A program made the position numbers and the translations under genes. The notes under the pieces are model-generated. The model had not been told where the DNA came from. It made no database searches and saw only the letters and a list, made by a program, of their open reading frames with translations. From an uncultured Elusimicrobium sp. (lineage in GTDB: Bacteria; Elusimicrobiota; Elusimicrobia; Elusimicrobiales; Elusimicrobiaceae): a stretch of 42,334 nucleotides of DNA. The DNA lies in assembly GCA_902772695.1 (NCBI GenBank), contig CACYBL010000053.1:1-42334 (forward strand), written 5' to 3'. This document shows positions 27,578-36,700 of this stretch, one piece after another (the first letter of the stretch is position 1; the number at the start of each line of letters is the position of its first letter).

Positions 27578-28438
27578 TTATTTATGAATTGTGCCACGCA
27601 ACTGGCGTACACGGTCGGCTACGCGGTCTATCACCCACCCTGGTGTTGATGCCCCGGCCGTAATAAAAATTTTCTTTGCTTGTTTAATCAATGTTTCGTC
27701 TAATTCGGTTTCGGTTTCTACATGCTGTACCGCCGAGGATAGGCCTTTACACAACAAAGCTAATCGCGCGGTATTGGCACTATGCTTTCCGCCTACTACA
27801 ATTACCAAATCGGCATTTTGGGCCAGTTCAATCGTCTCTTTTTGGCGTTCTTTAGTAGGTTGGCAGATAGTATTTGAAATCTGGCATACCCGGGAATGTT
27901 TTTTGACTTCTTCGGCTGTCTGGTAAAACACGCTTTCTTTTTGAGTAGTTTGAGAAACCACGTTTACTTTATCAAAAGTGGGAAGCTTTTGAGCTTCTTC
28001 CGGCCCGGATACAACGATACCCCGCCCTTGTGTATAGCCCATTAGGCCAATAACTTCCGCATGATCACTGTCTCCCACGATAACCGTATGGTATCCTTTT
28101 CGGGCAAATTTATCAATGATGTTTTGGGCATGTTTTACCAGTGGGCAAGTAGCGTCTACCACTTCCATTCCGCAAGATTCAATTTCTTGTTGAAATTGTG
28201 GCGTAATCCCATGGGCGCGGATAACTAAGATGCCGGATTTATCCGAGGCTTGTTGAGGAATATCAATAGATGTAATATGTTTGGCTGACAACATATCCGT
28301 TACTTGTTTGTTATGGATAAGCGGCCCAATCGTATAGACAGGCTTTTGGCCAGCAGCCAATTCCAATACTTTATCAATAGCACTTTTTACGCCAGGGCAG
28401 AACCCCGCACGTTTAGCTACAATAACATCTTGTTCCAT
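27578..28438 (-). CDS. ispH: 4-hydroxy-3-methylbut-2-enyl diphosphate reductase
   Basis: GFCPGV, IHN, RAHG, DATCP, HAEV, SQTT, NTIC, SANT, AGASTP. Confidence 0.96.
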   Translation of the reverse strand: MEQDVIVAKRAGFCPGVKSAIDKVLELAAGQKPVYTIGPLIHNKQVTDMLSAKHITSIDIPQQASDKSGILVIRAHGITPQFQQEIESCGMEVVDATCPLVKHAQNIIDKFARKGYHTVIVGDSDHAEVIGLMGYTQGRGIVVSGPEEAQKLPTFDKVNVVSQTTQKESVFYQTAEEVKKHSRVCQISNTICQPTKERQKETIELAQNADLVIVVGGKHSANTARLALLCKGLSSAVQHVETETELDETLIKQAKKIFITAGASTPGWVIDRVADRVRQLRGTIHK

Positions 28439-28474
28439 ATTTATATTATAGAAAAAAATTCGTGCCGTTTTCGT

Positions 28475-30247
28475 TCAGAAACGGGCTTTTTTGTAATCGG
28501 CGCGATTTAAAAACGGGAACATGTCTTCTAGGGAAGGACTGACCATGGTTCCGTCGGGGAGTTTGCGCGCGGAAAGTTTCGGCGCAAACGTATAGTCGGA
28601 TGTGCAATCCAGTTCGCACACCACGGGACCTTTTACAGCAAGTACTTTTTTAATACCTTTTTCCAAATCGCGGTTTTTGGTGAGGCGTACCGCGGGCAAT
28701 CCAAACGCTTGGGCAACTTTTACAAAATCAGGCACTTCCACGCCGCTTTGGGCGTTACAACCTGTTAAGCGTCCGTTGAAAAAGTTGCGTTGGGTTTGGA
28801 CAATGGAAATATATTCGCCATTTTTAATGATAAAAATTTTGATAGGAAGGCGATTCGTTTTAATCGTTTGTAATTCCTGTAAATTCATCATTATGCTGCC
28901 ATCGCCTTCTACGCAAACAACAGGTTTCCCGCTGGCTACACAAGCCCCTAAAGAGGCGGGTAAACCGTATCCCATGGAAGCGTCACCGGAGTTTAAAAAT
29001 AGCCGTTGGCCTTTTTTGGATTCGCACGCTTGAAACAGCGTTACGCATGCCGTACCGTTAGAGGCCACAAGTATGCCGTCTTTGGGTAGCAATTTCCCTA
29101 ATCGTTCCATAAAGTAATACGGGTGGATTTTGTCGGCGGGTTTAATGTCAAATTCACGTAGCGGCGGATATTTGGCACGCAGATGCCGGCAATGGTTGAG
29201 CCACGCATTGTTTCCCAACGGTTTTTTAAGTTTTTTAACTAATAGCGGTAAGACCTGTTTTAAATCCCCGCAGATGGGTAAATCCGGCCTTACTGTCGGT
29301 TTTTTTAGTTCGGCGGGGTCAATATCTACGATAATTTTTTTCGCATTGTTAGCGAAATTCTCCCAATTATAACTGGCTTGACGGATATTGTTGCGCGTCC
29401 CTAAGAAAAGAATTACATCTGCGTTTTGTAAAGTAAAATTACCGGCACGCTGCCCTACAGTTCCGATACGTCCGGCAAAGTTGGGTAAGTCATCGGGGAT
29501 GATATCAAATCCGTTAAAGGTTGTTACCACCGGGAGTTGCGTTTGCTTAAGTAATTGTAATAATTCTTTTTGTGTGTTGCTAATACGCACGCCGTGCCCG
29601 GCAACAATTAAAGGTTTGTGGGCTTGGCTTAACAAAGAGACTGCTTTTTTTAATTGGCTTTCTATACGGGCAGTTCGTGATTTTGGAGCATGAAATTTTT
29701 TGAGTTTAGCCGGGTCAATCATGGCCGCTTGTAAATTAATAGGAATGTCTAACCAAACCGGGCCCGGACGACCGGTAGTGGCATGATAAATAGCTTCGTC
29801 CAACGCGGCGTCAATGTCGCTGGCATTCGTAAGCATATGCGCATGTTTGGTAAGCGGCTGTACTACGCGGGTAATAGGGGCTTCCTGATCTCCTAATTGG
29901 CGCAATGGCACCTGCGGACAACTGGCCAGTGTAGTGGTAAATTTTACTTGACCGGAAATAAACAAGACAGGCGCGCTATCTGTCCATGCTCCGAAAACAC
30001 CGTTAAGACAATTCAGCCCTCCGGGGCCCGTTGTAACACATACGACGGCCAATTCTTGCCGAGTACGGGCATATCCTTCGGCCGCCATGGCGGTAGCTTG
30101 TTCATTGTGATTAAAAATGCAGTGTATTTTTTTGCTCTTTCCGAAACTATCATCTAAATGCATGGCTCCACCACCGGTTACCATAAATACGTGGCGCACG
30201 CCGTAAGATTCTAGTTTTTTGACAAGATAGTCAGAAAGTTTTTGCAT
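28475..30247 (-). CDS. ThDP-dependent enzyme, acetolactate-synthase-like (YerE-like by context)
   Basis: VTGGGAMHL, catalytic HNEQ, TTGPG, SGQ, GRPGPVWLDIP, SMGYGLP, ThDP motif GDGS...KN. Confidence 0.88.
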   Translation of the reverse strand: MQKLSDYLVKKLESYGVRHVFMVTGGGAMHLDDSFGKSKKIHCIFNHNEQATAMAAEGYARTRQELAVVCVTTGPGGLNCLNGVFGAWTDSAPVLFISGQVKFTTTLASCPQVPLRQLGDQEAPITRVVQPLTKHAHMLTNASDIDAALDEAIYHATTGRPGPVWLDIPINLQAAMIDPAKLKKFHAPKSRTARIESQLKKAVSLLSQAHKPLIVAGHGVRISNTQKELLQLLKQTQLPVVTTFNGFDIIPDDLPNFAGRIGTVGQRAGNFTLQNADVILFLGTRNNIRQASYNWENFANNAKKIIVDIDPAELKKPTVRPDLPICGDLKQVLPLLVKKLKKPLGNNAWLNHCRHLRAKYPPLREFDIKPADKIHPYYFMERLGKLLPKDGILVASNGTACVTLFQACESKKGQRLFLNSGDASMGYGLPASLGACVASGKPVVCVEGDGSIMMNLQELQTIKTNRLPIKIFIIKNGEYISIVQTQRNFFNGRLTGCNAQSGVEVPDFVKVAQAFGLPAVRLTKNRDLEKGIKKVLAVKGPVVCELDCTSDYTFAPKLSARKLPDGTMVSPSLEDMFPFLNRADYKKARF

Positions 30248-31329
30248 TACAATCCCCGGTTGTCAATCAGTTTTTTTAGGTCTTTATTTTTGGCGTAAGG
30301 ACTGTCTATATCGTCAATCTTGATAGGTGCATCTTTCTTGATATCTGTTAATAATACTTCCCCGCTCATCAATTCCCGACATGAAATTTGCCCCTTTTGT
30401 AAAGGGATAGCTAAATAGACGTCTTCCTCTGTCAGTTTATGTCCTTTAGGCAAATCCCATCGGGCGTAGACTCCGCGTACTAATGCATCCAAATAAGTTA
30501 CTTCTTTGCGGGGGGGAATACTTTTACTGTCACCACCATGTCCGCAAATGCTGACGGCTTTTTGATAAGCTTTAATCCAACGGTCCAAATCTTCCGGCAA
30601 CGAACAATAGGGGGATACGGCAATGCCATCCGCATCAATATCAATATGGCGTTCAAAAGTGCGTGCTCCTTTGGCATAAGCCATGAGCATGGCACTTTCA
30701 ATATCTTCGTTACGTTCATGTGTTGAAAAACCGATTACATGCCCGGGGTAGCGATTTTTTAAGAAATCAATTTGGTTGAGTTCCAATTCATTTTTTTCAG
30801 AGGGATAAATGCTTACACAATGATTAATAGCTAGCGGAATGTTGCGGTGTTCAAAGAAAGTAACTAAATCGTCAATATCCTTCAAAGAAGACCCACCTGT
30901 AGAAACAATGACCGGCTTGCGAGTAGTGGCAATTTTTTCAATTAAAATCCAGTCATTTAAATCAGAGGAGGCAATCTTGATAAGTTGCACTCCTAATTTA
31001 ACGCACATGTCTACGGATTTTTCATCAAAGGGGGTGGCCATGGTTAGACAATTGTTCTTGCGAACGGTATCCACCAAAATTTGATAGTCTTTGATATCCA
31101 TTTTAGTAGCCAGAGTTTTTTTAATATAACGGATATCGTCGCGATTTTTAAAATCTTTGTGAATAAAAGAATCTACATCCCTAAATTGCAATTTAATAGC
31201 CGCACGGACGTTATTAAAACGGATAATTTTAGCAAAGTCTTCAATAATCTTAATGCCTCTTTCGACTCTTCCCCAATGATTGTTGGCTAGTTCCAATACA
31301 AACAAATCATCAAAAATATTTTCTTTCAT
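30247..31329 (-). CDS. NeuB/SpsE-family PEP-utilising ulosonic acid synthase with C-terminal SAF domain
   Basis: ELANNHWG, KLQ, TPFD, KIASSD, STGG, HCVSIYP, GFSTH, ERH, RGVYA. Confidence 0.88.
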   Translation of the reverse strand: MKENIFDDLFVLELANNHWGRVERGIKIIEDFAKIIRFNNVRAAIKLQFRDVDSFIHKDFKNRDDIRYIKKTLATKMDIKDYQILVDTVRKNNCLTMATPFDEKSVDMCVKLGVQLIKIASSDLNDWILIEKIATTRKPVIVSTGGSSLKDIDDLVTFFEHRNIPLAINHCVSIYPSEKNELELNQIDFLKNRYPGHVIGFSTHERNEDIESAMLMAYAKGARTFERHIDIDADGIAVSPYCSLPEDLDRWIKAYQKAVSICGHGGDSKSIPPRKEVTYLDALVRGVYARWDLPKGHKLTEEDVYLAIPLQKGQISCRELMSGEVLLTDIKKDAPIKIDDIDSPYAKNKDLKKLIDNRGL

Positions 31330-31341
31330 GAGTTCTCTCCT

Positions 31342-32649
31342 TTAATTAGCTGTTTGCGCTAGCTGGGCAAGTCCGGTTAAAGTTTCTTCCGCTAACGGTA
31401 TGGCTACACAGGGAATTTTCAATTGTTTTTCTAACTGATTTATTAAAAGGGGATGTTTGGCTAATTTCCCCCCACTTAATACAATACGTTTTCTGTTGAT
31501 AGAAAACAAGCGGATAGCCGAAATATATTGTTGAACAAATGAACGGAAGAGGGAAGCCCAGAAGTTTTTTTCCGTTAAACCATTTGCCGTTAAACCGCTG
31601 ATGCTGCCCGCTCCGTTTTGAAATCCCCATGCATCCGGAAAAAATGCCAAGTTGAATTGCAAAGTGGCACGTTCTATATCATCTGTGGAAATGTTTTGAA
31701 ATTGCTCCCAACCGTCTTTTCCGGTAAGTGTATGATAGAAATTGACCAACTCGGCCAATACGCGACCTGCCGGGATATGGGTAATGGTTTGCAATTGTAA
31801 GTTGTTGAAAAAAGGACGTCGTTCTGTTTTTGTACCGGTGGGAGCTTTTTTACAAATAGCCGATACCTGAGAGCCGGTTCCAATGTTAATGGACAGGGTT
31901 TCTAATGTGTTTCCGGCTCCCAGAATGGCACATTGGTGATCACCAACACCTGTATAAACTAATCGGGTTTTGTGTTTGACGGATAGTTCTCCGGCGGGTA
32001 CTATTTCCGTCACAATTTCGTTAAATGCAACGTGAGCCCCTTGGGTAGTATGTGAAATGAACTCTAGCAATTTCTGCGACCCTTGCCGTGTTTCAAAATC
32101 AACCAGTCCACTACCGGCGGCCATGGTCAGGTGTACTTTGTGATAGGGCTTTGCTGCTAACAGTAATGCTTCGGGCAAGGATAATACCCGGATCGTCATG
32201 CCCGGATGTTGACGGAGAAAATCCAACACTTTAACTGCCGGGAACCCCATGCGAAGACGCATGCCGGTAATGGATTGAAAGTCTGATGCAAAAGTGTGCG
32301 AAAACAATTCCCAAGAACTTGGTTCTTGCCCATGGGTAAGTAACGCGCGTTCATCTTGCCAACTGACATAATCCGTAAGGGGGTGATGCTTTTCGTCCGT
32401 TAATACAAAGCCGTGCATCTGACTGCAAATAAAAATTCTTTCATAATCATAACGAGCGGCATAATCTTCACATACAGAAACAAAATCCCGAGTTAGTCCG
32501 GCTAGCGGAATTTCAAAATAGGGGAGATGAGTGCTGTTGGTTTTAGTACACGGTCGGCTTTTAATATCTAATAACTTGCCGGTACTGTCATCCCAAAGCG
32601 CTGATTTGATGCGCGTGGCGCCAAAATCTAACAGTAAACTATAAGACAT
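31342..32649 (-). CDS. FGGY-family sugar kinase (sedoheptulokinase-like)
   Basis: DFGATRIKS, SQMHG, SWQDER, GDHQCAILG, NIGTGSQVS. ATG 32649 follows GAGG. Confidence 0.85.
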   Translation of the reverse strand: MSYSLLLDFGATRIKSALWDDSTGKLLDIKSRPCTKTNSTHLPYFEIPLAGLTRDFVSVCEDYAARYDYERIFICSQMHGFVLTDEKHHPLTDYVSWQDERALLTHGQEPSSWELFSHTFASDFQSITGMRLRMGFPAVKVLDFLRQHPGMTIRVLSLPEALLLAAKPYHKVHLTMAAGSGLVDFETRQGSQKLLEFISHTTQGAHVAFNEIVTEIVPAGELSVKHKTRLVYTGVGDHQCAILGAGNTLETLSINIGTGSQVSAICKKAPTGTKTERRPFFNNLQLQTITHIPAGRVLAELVNFYHTLTGKDGWEQFQNISTDDIERATLQFNLAFFPDAWGFQNGAGSISGLTANGLTEKNFWASLFRSFVQQYISAIRLFSINRKRIVLSGGKLAKHPLLINQLEKQLKIPCVAIPLAEETLTGLAQLAQTAN

Positions 32650-33787
32650 CAAATTCCTCTTTCATAATTTCAATAAGTTCTTCCGTGAGTTGGGGAGTAA
32701 CTTCCATCTTAACAAAACGGGTATCTCCCGCAGCCGCAATCAACACAAAATTGACGGCGTTACCTACGCTTTTTTTGTCCTTGAGCAGAAGTTGAGGTAA
32801 TTCTTGTACCAAATGCGGAGAGAGGCGGGAAGTTTGAAATAAATTTTTAGCTAATGTGCGAATTTCGTTTTCCTCTTGCGGTTTTAATAATCCGCGCCGA
32901 CGGCTCAATTGATTTACGATCAATACACCCATAGTTACAGCTTGCCCGTGAGGGATGGCATAATCGGACAGGACTTCTATGGCGTGTCCCAGTGTATGCC
33001 CGTAATTAAGGCTTTTGCGGATATTCAGTTCAAATTCATCTTTCTCCACGATTTGTTTTTTGACACCTAAAGCACCTAAAATAAGGGGCTTAAACGAAGC
33101 GAAATCTTTTACCTTGCCATCACTGGAAACATAATTGGAAAAGCGACTTAACAATTCCTTGCCACCGGTGATAAAGAGCTTCAAGATTTCACCTAAGCCG
33201 GATTTGATTTCACGTTCTTGCAAGGTGCGCAAAAAAGCGGGGCAGATAATCACTTGGCGCGGCGCAGAAAAAAGAGCCAGTTGGTTTTTGGCCTTGTGAT
33301 AATTAATGCCGGTTTTCCCGCCGATACAAGAATCGCACATAGAGAGTAATGTGGTGGGGAAAAACCGCCATGCGATTCCGCGTTTGTATACGGCTCCTAC
33401 AAAGGCACCAATATCTTGGGTTACTCCGCCCCCTACTACTAAAAGGGTTTCTCCTTTACCAAAATTATTCTTTTCCAAGAAGCTAATAGCTTGTTCTACC
33501 CCGTTGTGAAAAGTTTTAAACTCTTCGTTGGCTTGCACTAACATAACCCGGTTGGATTCCACTCGGAAATTTTTTCCGTACAATTGCCAAACATTTTGAT
33601 CTACAAGAAGTAGATTTTTTGGATTTTCATCCAACATTCGTTGTACAAGTTGGAAAGGCGTTTGAGTCTCGTCCAAAACCGTTTGGTAATTGCGCGGCAC
33701 GGAGTGCACGGTAAATTCCCGCTGGGTTAGAAAAGATTCATCAAACGAAAAAGATTGACCATCTACGGTAAAATGAAACTGAGTCAT
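32639..33787 (-). CDS. AroB/dehydroquinate-synthase superfamily sugar-phosphate cyclase/phospholyase
   Basis: GGGVTQD, PTTLLSMCDSCIGGKTGIN, KNQL, metal ligands GEILK, LNYGHTLGHAIE and HGQAV, DKK. Confidence 0.88.
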   Translation of the reverse strand: MTQFHFTVDGQSFSFDESFLTQREFTVHSVPRNYQTVLDETQTPFQLVQRMLDENPKNLLLVDQNVWQLYGKNFRVESNRVMLVQANEEFKTFHNGVEQAISFLEKNNFGKGETLLVVGGGVTQDIGAFVGAVYKRGIAWRFFPTTLLSMCDSCIGGKTGINYHKAKNQLALFSAPRQVIICPAFLRTLQEREIKSGLGEILKLFITGGKELLSRFSNYVSSDGKVKDFASFKPLILGALGVKKQIVEKDEFELNIRKSLNYGHTLGHAIEVLSDYAIPHGQAVTMGVLIVNQLSRRRGLLKPQEENEIRTLAKNLFQTSRLSPHLVQELPQLLLKDKKSVGNAVNFVLIAAAGDTRFVKMEVTPQLTEELIEIMKEEFDVL

Positions 33788-34461
33788 GGATGTTGAAAAC
33801 CTCCTGCCATAAATCCGCCGTCCACGATAATATCTTGTCCGGTTAAATATTGGTTTTGTTCACTGCATAGGAAAAAGGCAATCCGGGCGATATCTTCTGG
33901 GTCAGCCAATCTGCCTAACGGAATTTTACGTTCCAGCGCAGCAATCATTTCAAGAGAATTGTTTTTCCGGGTCATAGGAGTAAACACAAATCCGGGAGAA
34001 AGTGTGTTGCACAAAACTCCATGAGGACCCAACTCCAGGGAGAGCGTTTGAATAAGCCCGTTTAGCGCATGCTTAGACATGGCATAAGCGGCGCGACCTT
34101 CCCGGCTGACAGTGCCGTACAGAGAAGATATGGCCAATACATATCCGCTGTGCTGTTTTTCAAATTGGGGCCGTAATGCGGCCATAATGTGTGACAAACT
34201 GATTGTATTGATTTGTAAAGTCTTTTGTATTTCTTCGGAGGTGAGTTGTCCGATTTGGGCCGGATCATTATGCCCGGCACAAAAGACAACGGCATCTACC
34301 GGCAGGGTTAAACCCTTCATATAGCTGGCTAATGCGGACGAATCGGATAAATCCAATTCTTTACTACTTGGCGCCGTAACGGTATAGCCATTTTTTTCAA
34401 ATTCACTTTTAATGGCTGAACCAATAGCGCCGTGTCCTCCAAGTAGAAAGAGATGTTTCAT
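33784..34461 (-). CDS. Short-chain dehydrogenase/reductase (classical SDR)
   Basis: GGHGAIG, CAG, SS, YAMSK, PGFV-x-T, IPLGRLA, TGQ-xx-IVDGG. Confidence 0.92.
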   Translation of the reverse strand: MKHLFLLGGHGAIGSAIKSEFEKNGYTVTAPSSKELDLSDSSALASYMKGLTLPVDAVVFCAGHNDPAQIGQLTSEEIQKTLQINTISLSHIMAALRPQFEKQHSGYVLAISSLYGTVSREGRAAYAMSKHALNGLIQTLSLELGPHGVLCNTLSPGFVFTPMTRKNNSLEMIAALERKIPLGRLADPEDIARIAFFLCSEQNQYLTGQDIIVDGGFMAGGFQHP

Positions 34462-35345
34462 TTGTCCTCCAAAAGCAAGTTTCGGTTAATTTCCGTTTGA
34501 TGTTGCCGGTAATAAGACATTAACTGGGCAACGGCTTGTTCAAACGGAGTGAATTGAATGGTTTTGATTTCATCTTTTAGTCGTGCATTACTGCCTGAAT
34601 AATTCAAACCATATCCCGAGGAAGCCACCCGGATTTCGTTATTATTACCGCCCAGCTTTTGTACGATTTGGGCAGCGGATAATAATTCGGTCTCTTCATT
34701 CGGAGTAATATTGTAGCTCTTATAAGTTGTATCGTGTGTAATGAAATAATCTAGAATTGGCATCAGGTCGTTCACATACAAATAGCTGAACCGGCGGTTC
34801 TGTCGCAAGGTAATGGGTAGATTAAATAATGTTTTACAGATAGCATTAGAGATAAAACGGATTTCCCAATCCTCATATTTCCCGAAGATACCAAAAATAT
34901 TTAGGTCTATTGCGTTGGGCAAAGCTTTTATCCGTTGATGTATTACGTATTTGCAAAAACTATGCTCATCTTCACCACAGCGGCGACCGATTTGATCTTC
35001 GGTTACCAAACGGTTATCTGCTGCAGTATCATATACGGCCCCACTGCCGAAATTAATGAGCTTGCCGAACTTATCACAATGACGCGCTAGATTTTCAAAC
35101 ATGCGGGTATTAGTATAAAACAGGCGTGTGGGATCTTTGGCATTACGGTGCCCGGGTTTTGTGGCCGCATGTAATACTGCGTCAAACCAACGAGTGCGGA
35201 AAAATTCATCTACAGCGTCAGTATCAGCCAAATTTAGTTCAAAACTCCGTGGGGCGACGATCTCGTATTTTTGTGCGAGGAAACTTTCTTGGATATTTTT
35301 CCCGATAAATCCGTTACCGCCGGTAAGGAGAATTTTTTTCTGCAT
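34458..35345 (-). CDS. NAD-dependent NDP-sugar epimerase/reductase (extended SDR)
   Basis: TGGNGFIG, GSGAVY, variant catalytic motif HSFCK in place of YxxxK, FGIFG. Confidence 0.88.
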   Translation of the reverse strand: MQKKILLTGGNGFIGKNIQESFLAQKYEIVAPRSFELNLADTDAVDEFFRTRWFDAVLHAATKPGHRNAKDPTRLFYTNTRMFENLARHCDKFGKLINFGSGAVYDTAADNRLVTEDQIGRRCGEDEHSFCKYVIHQRIKALPNAIDLNIFGIFGKYEDWEIRFISNAICKTLFNLPITLRQNRRFSYLYVNDLMPILDYFITHDTTYKSYNITPNEETELLSAAQIVQKLGGNNNEIRVASSGYGLNYSGSNARLKDEIKTIQFTPFEQAVAQLMSYYRQHQTEINRNLLLEDK

Positions 35346-36700
35346 TATTTTGTTTTCTCTTTTATGAAATCATGAATTACACTTGCTGTTTTGGCAAGTT
35401 CCTTTTCGCCTAAAGCAGGGAAAGTGCCCACCCAGAAAGTATTATTCATAATAAAATCAGTATTGGGCAACAGCGCATATTCTTTTTCTGTTAGTTCGCA
35501 TGATTTTAACAAAGCGGAGTTCCCAATGCGAAGTCCGATTTCATTTTCCACCATCATAGGTTGGCGCAACAGATTGCCTGCAAATAATTGCCGAGTACCC
35601 ACGCCGTGTGTCTCTAAATATTCTACGAGTTGTTGCTTGGTGAAAGGAGCACTTGGCTTGACGGAAATTAAATACCCAAACCAAGAAGCTTTCACCCCTT
35701 CTTTAACGGTTGGTAAAATCAAATAGTCTTGTAAATCAGCCAACACTTTCGTTAGATAGGCGGCATTTTCAGTGCGTTTTTGGATGTAGCGCGGTAGTTT
35801 TTTAACTTGGCTAACACCAAGTGCGGCCTGCCAATCGGTAATTTTTAAATTAAATCCGATATGCGAGTAGGTATATTTATGATCATACCCAAAAGGTAAG
35901 TGGCCAAGCTGCATATTAAAACGGTTTTTACATGTATTATCTACTCCGGGCTTGCACCAACAGTCCCGTCCCCAATCGCGGAAAGACATGATAATACGGT
36001 ACAGTTGCGGGTCGTTAGTGACTACCGCTCCGCCTTCTCCCATAGTTAAATGATGGGCCGGGTAAAAGCTGTAAGTGCCAATGTGCCCGATGGTGCCGGC
36101 TTTTTTACCCTTCCATTCTGCCCCGAGTGCATCACAGGAATCTTCAATCAGCCATAAGTGATGTTTTTGGCAAAGCGACAAAATTTTGTCCATATCAAAC
36201 ATATTTCCCAGTGTATGGGCAATAAAAATGGCCTTGGTTTTAGGGGAAAGGGCAGCTTCTATTTGTGATGCATTGATGTTGTAGGAGCCGATTTCGCAAT
36301 CCACAAATACCGGTACAAGTCCTTGTTGGATAATAGGATTTACCGTGGTAGGAAATCCGGCGGCTACTGTTATAACTTCATCCCCTTTCTTTAAACGTTT
36401 ATCACCTAATTTATGAGAAGTAAGCGCAGATAAAGCCAACAAATTGGCAGATGAGCCGGAATTGGTAGACAGCGCAAATTTGACGCCCAGGAATTGGGCG
36501 AAATCTTTTTCAAACTGGTCATTAAAACGGCCGGCAGTAAGCCACATATCTAAACTTGCATCAATGAGCTGGAGAAGATCCTCTTCGTCCAATAATTTTC
36601 CGGACGGCGGGATATAAGTAAATTCTTTTTTCTGCCCATGAGTTTGACGGTAGTAGTTAAGGGCGGCTTGTTTAACAGCTTGTCTTAATTCTTTTTCCAT
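35345..36700 (-). CDS. rfbH: CDP-4-keto-6-deoxyglucose 3-dehydratase (E1)
   Basis: NSGSSANL, EDSCDALG, SFYPAHH (His in place of the PLP Lys), Fe-S Cys motif RDCWC...DNTC, YDHKY. Confidence 0.95.
   Translation of the reverse strand: MEKELRQAVKQAALNYYRQTHGQKKEFTYIPPSGKLLDEEDLLQLIDASLDMWLTAGRFNDQFEKDFAQFLGVKFALSTNSGSSANLLALSALTSHKLGDKRLKKGDEVITVAAGFPTTVNPIIQQGLVPVFVDCEIGSYNINASQIEAALSPKTKAIFIAHTLGNMFDMDKILSLCQKHHLWLIEDSCDALGAEWKGKKAGTIGHIGTYSFYPAHHLTMGEGGAVVTNDPQLYRIIMSFRDWGRDCWCKPGVDNTCKNRFNMQLGHLPFGYDHKYTYSHIGFNLKITDWQAALGVSQVKKLPRYIQKRTENAAYLTKVLADLQDYLILPTVKEGVKASWFGYLISVKPSAPFTKQQLVEYLETHGVGTRQLFAGNLLRQPMMVENEIGLRIGNSALLKSCELTEKEYALLPNTDFIMNNTFWVGTFPALGEKELAKTASVIHDFIKEKTK

Noticed and set aside
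28475-30247. Housekeeping acetolactate synthase (ilvB)
   Set aside because: No ilvN/ilvC/ilvD adjacent, and it is coupled by TAATG to a sugar operon with rfbFGH, which fits the YerE-like class.
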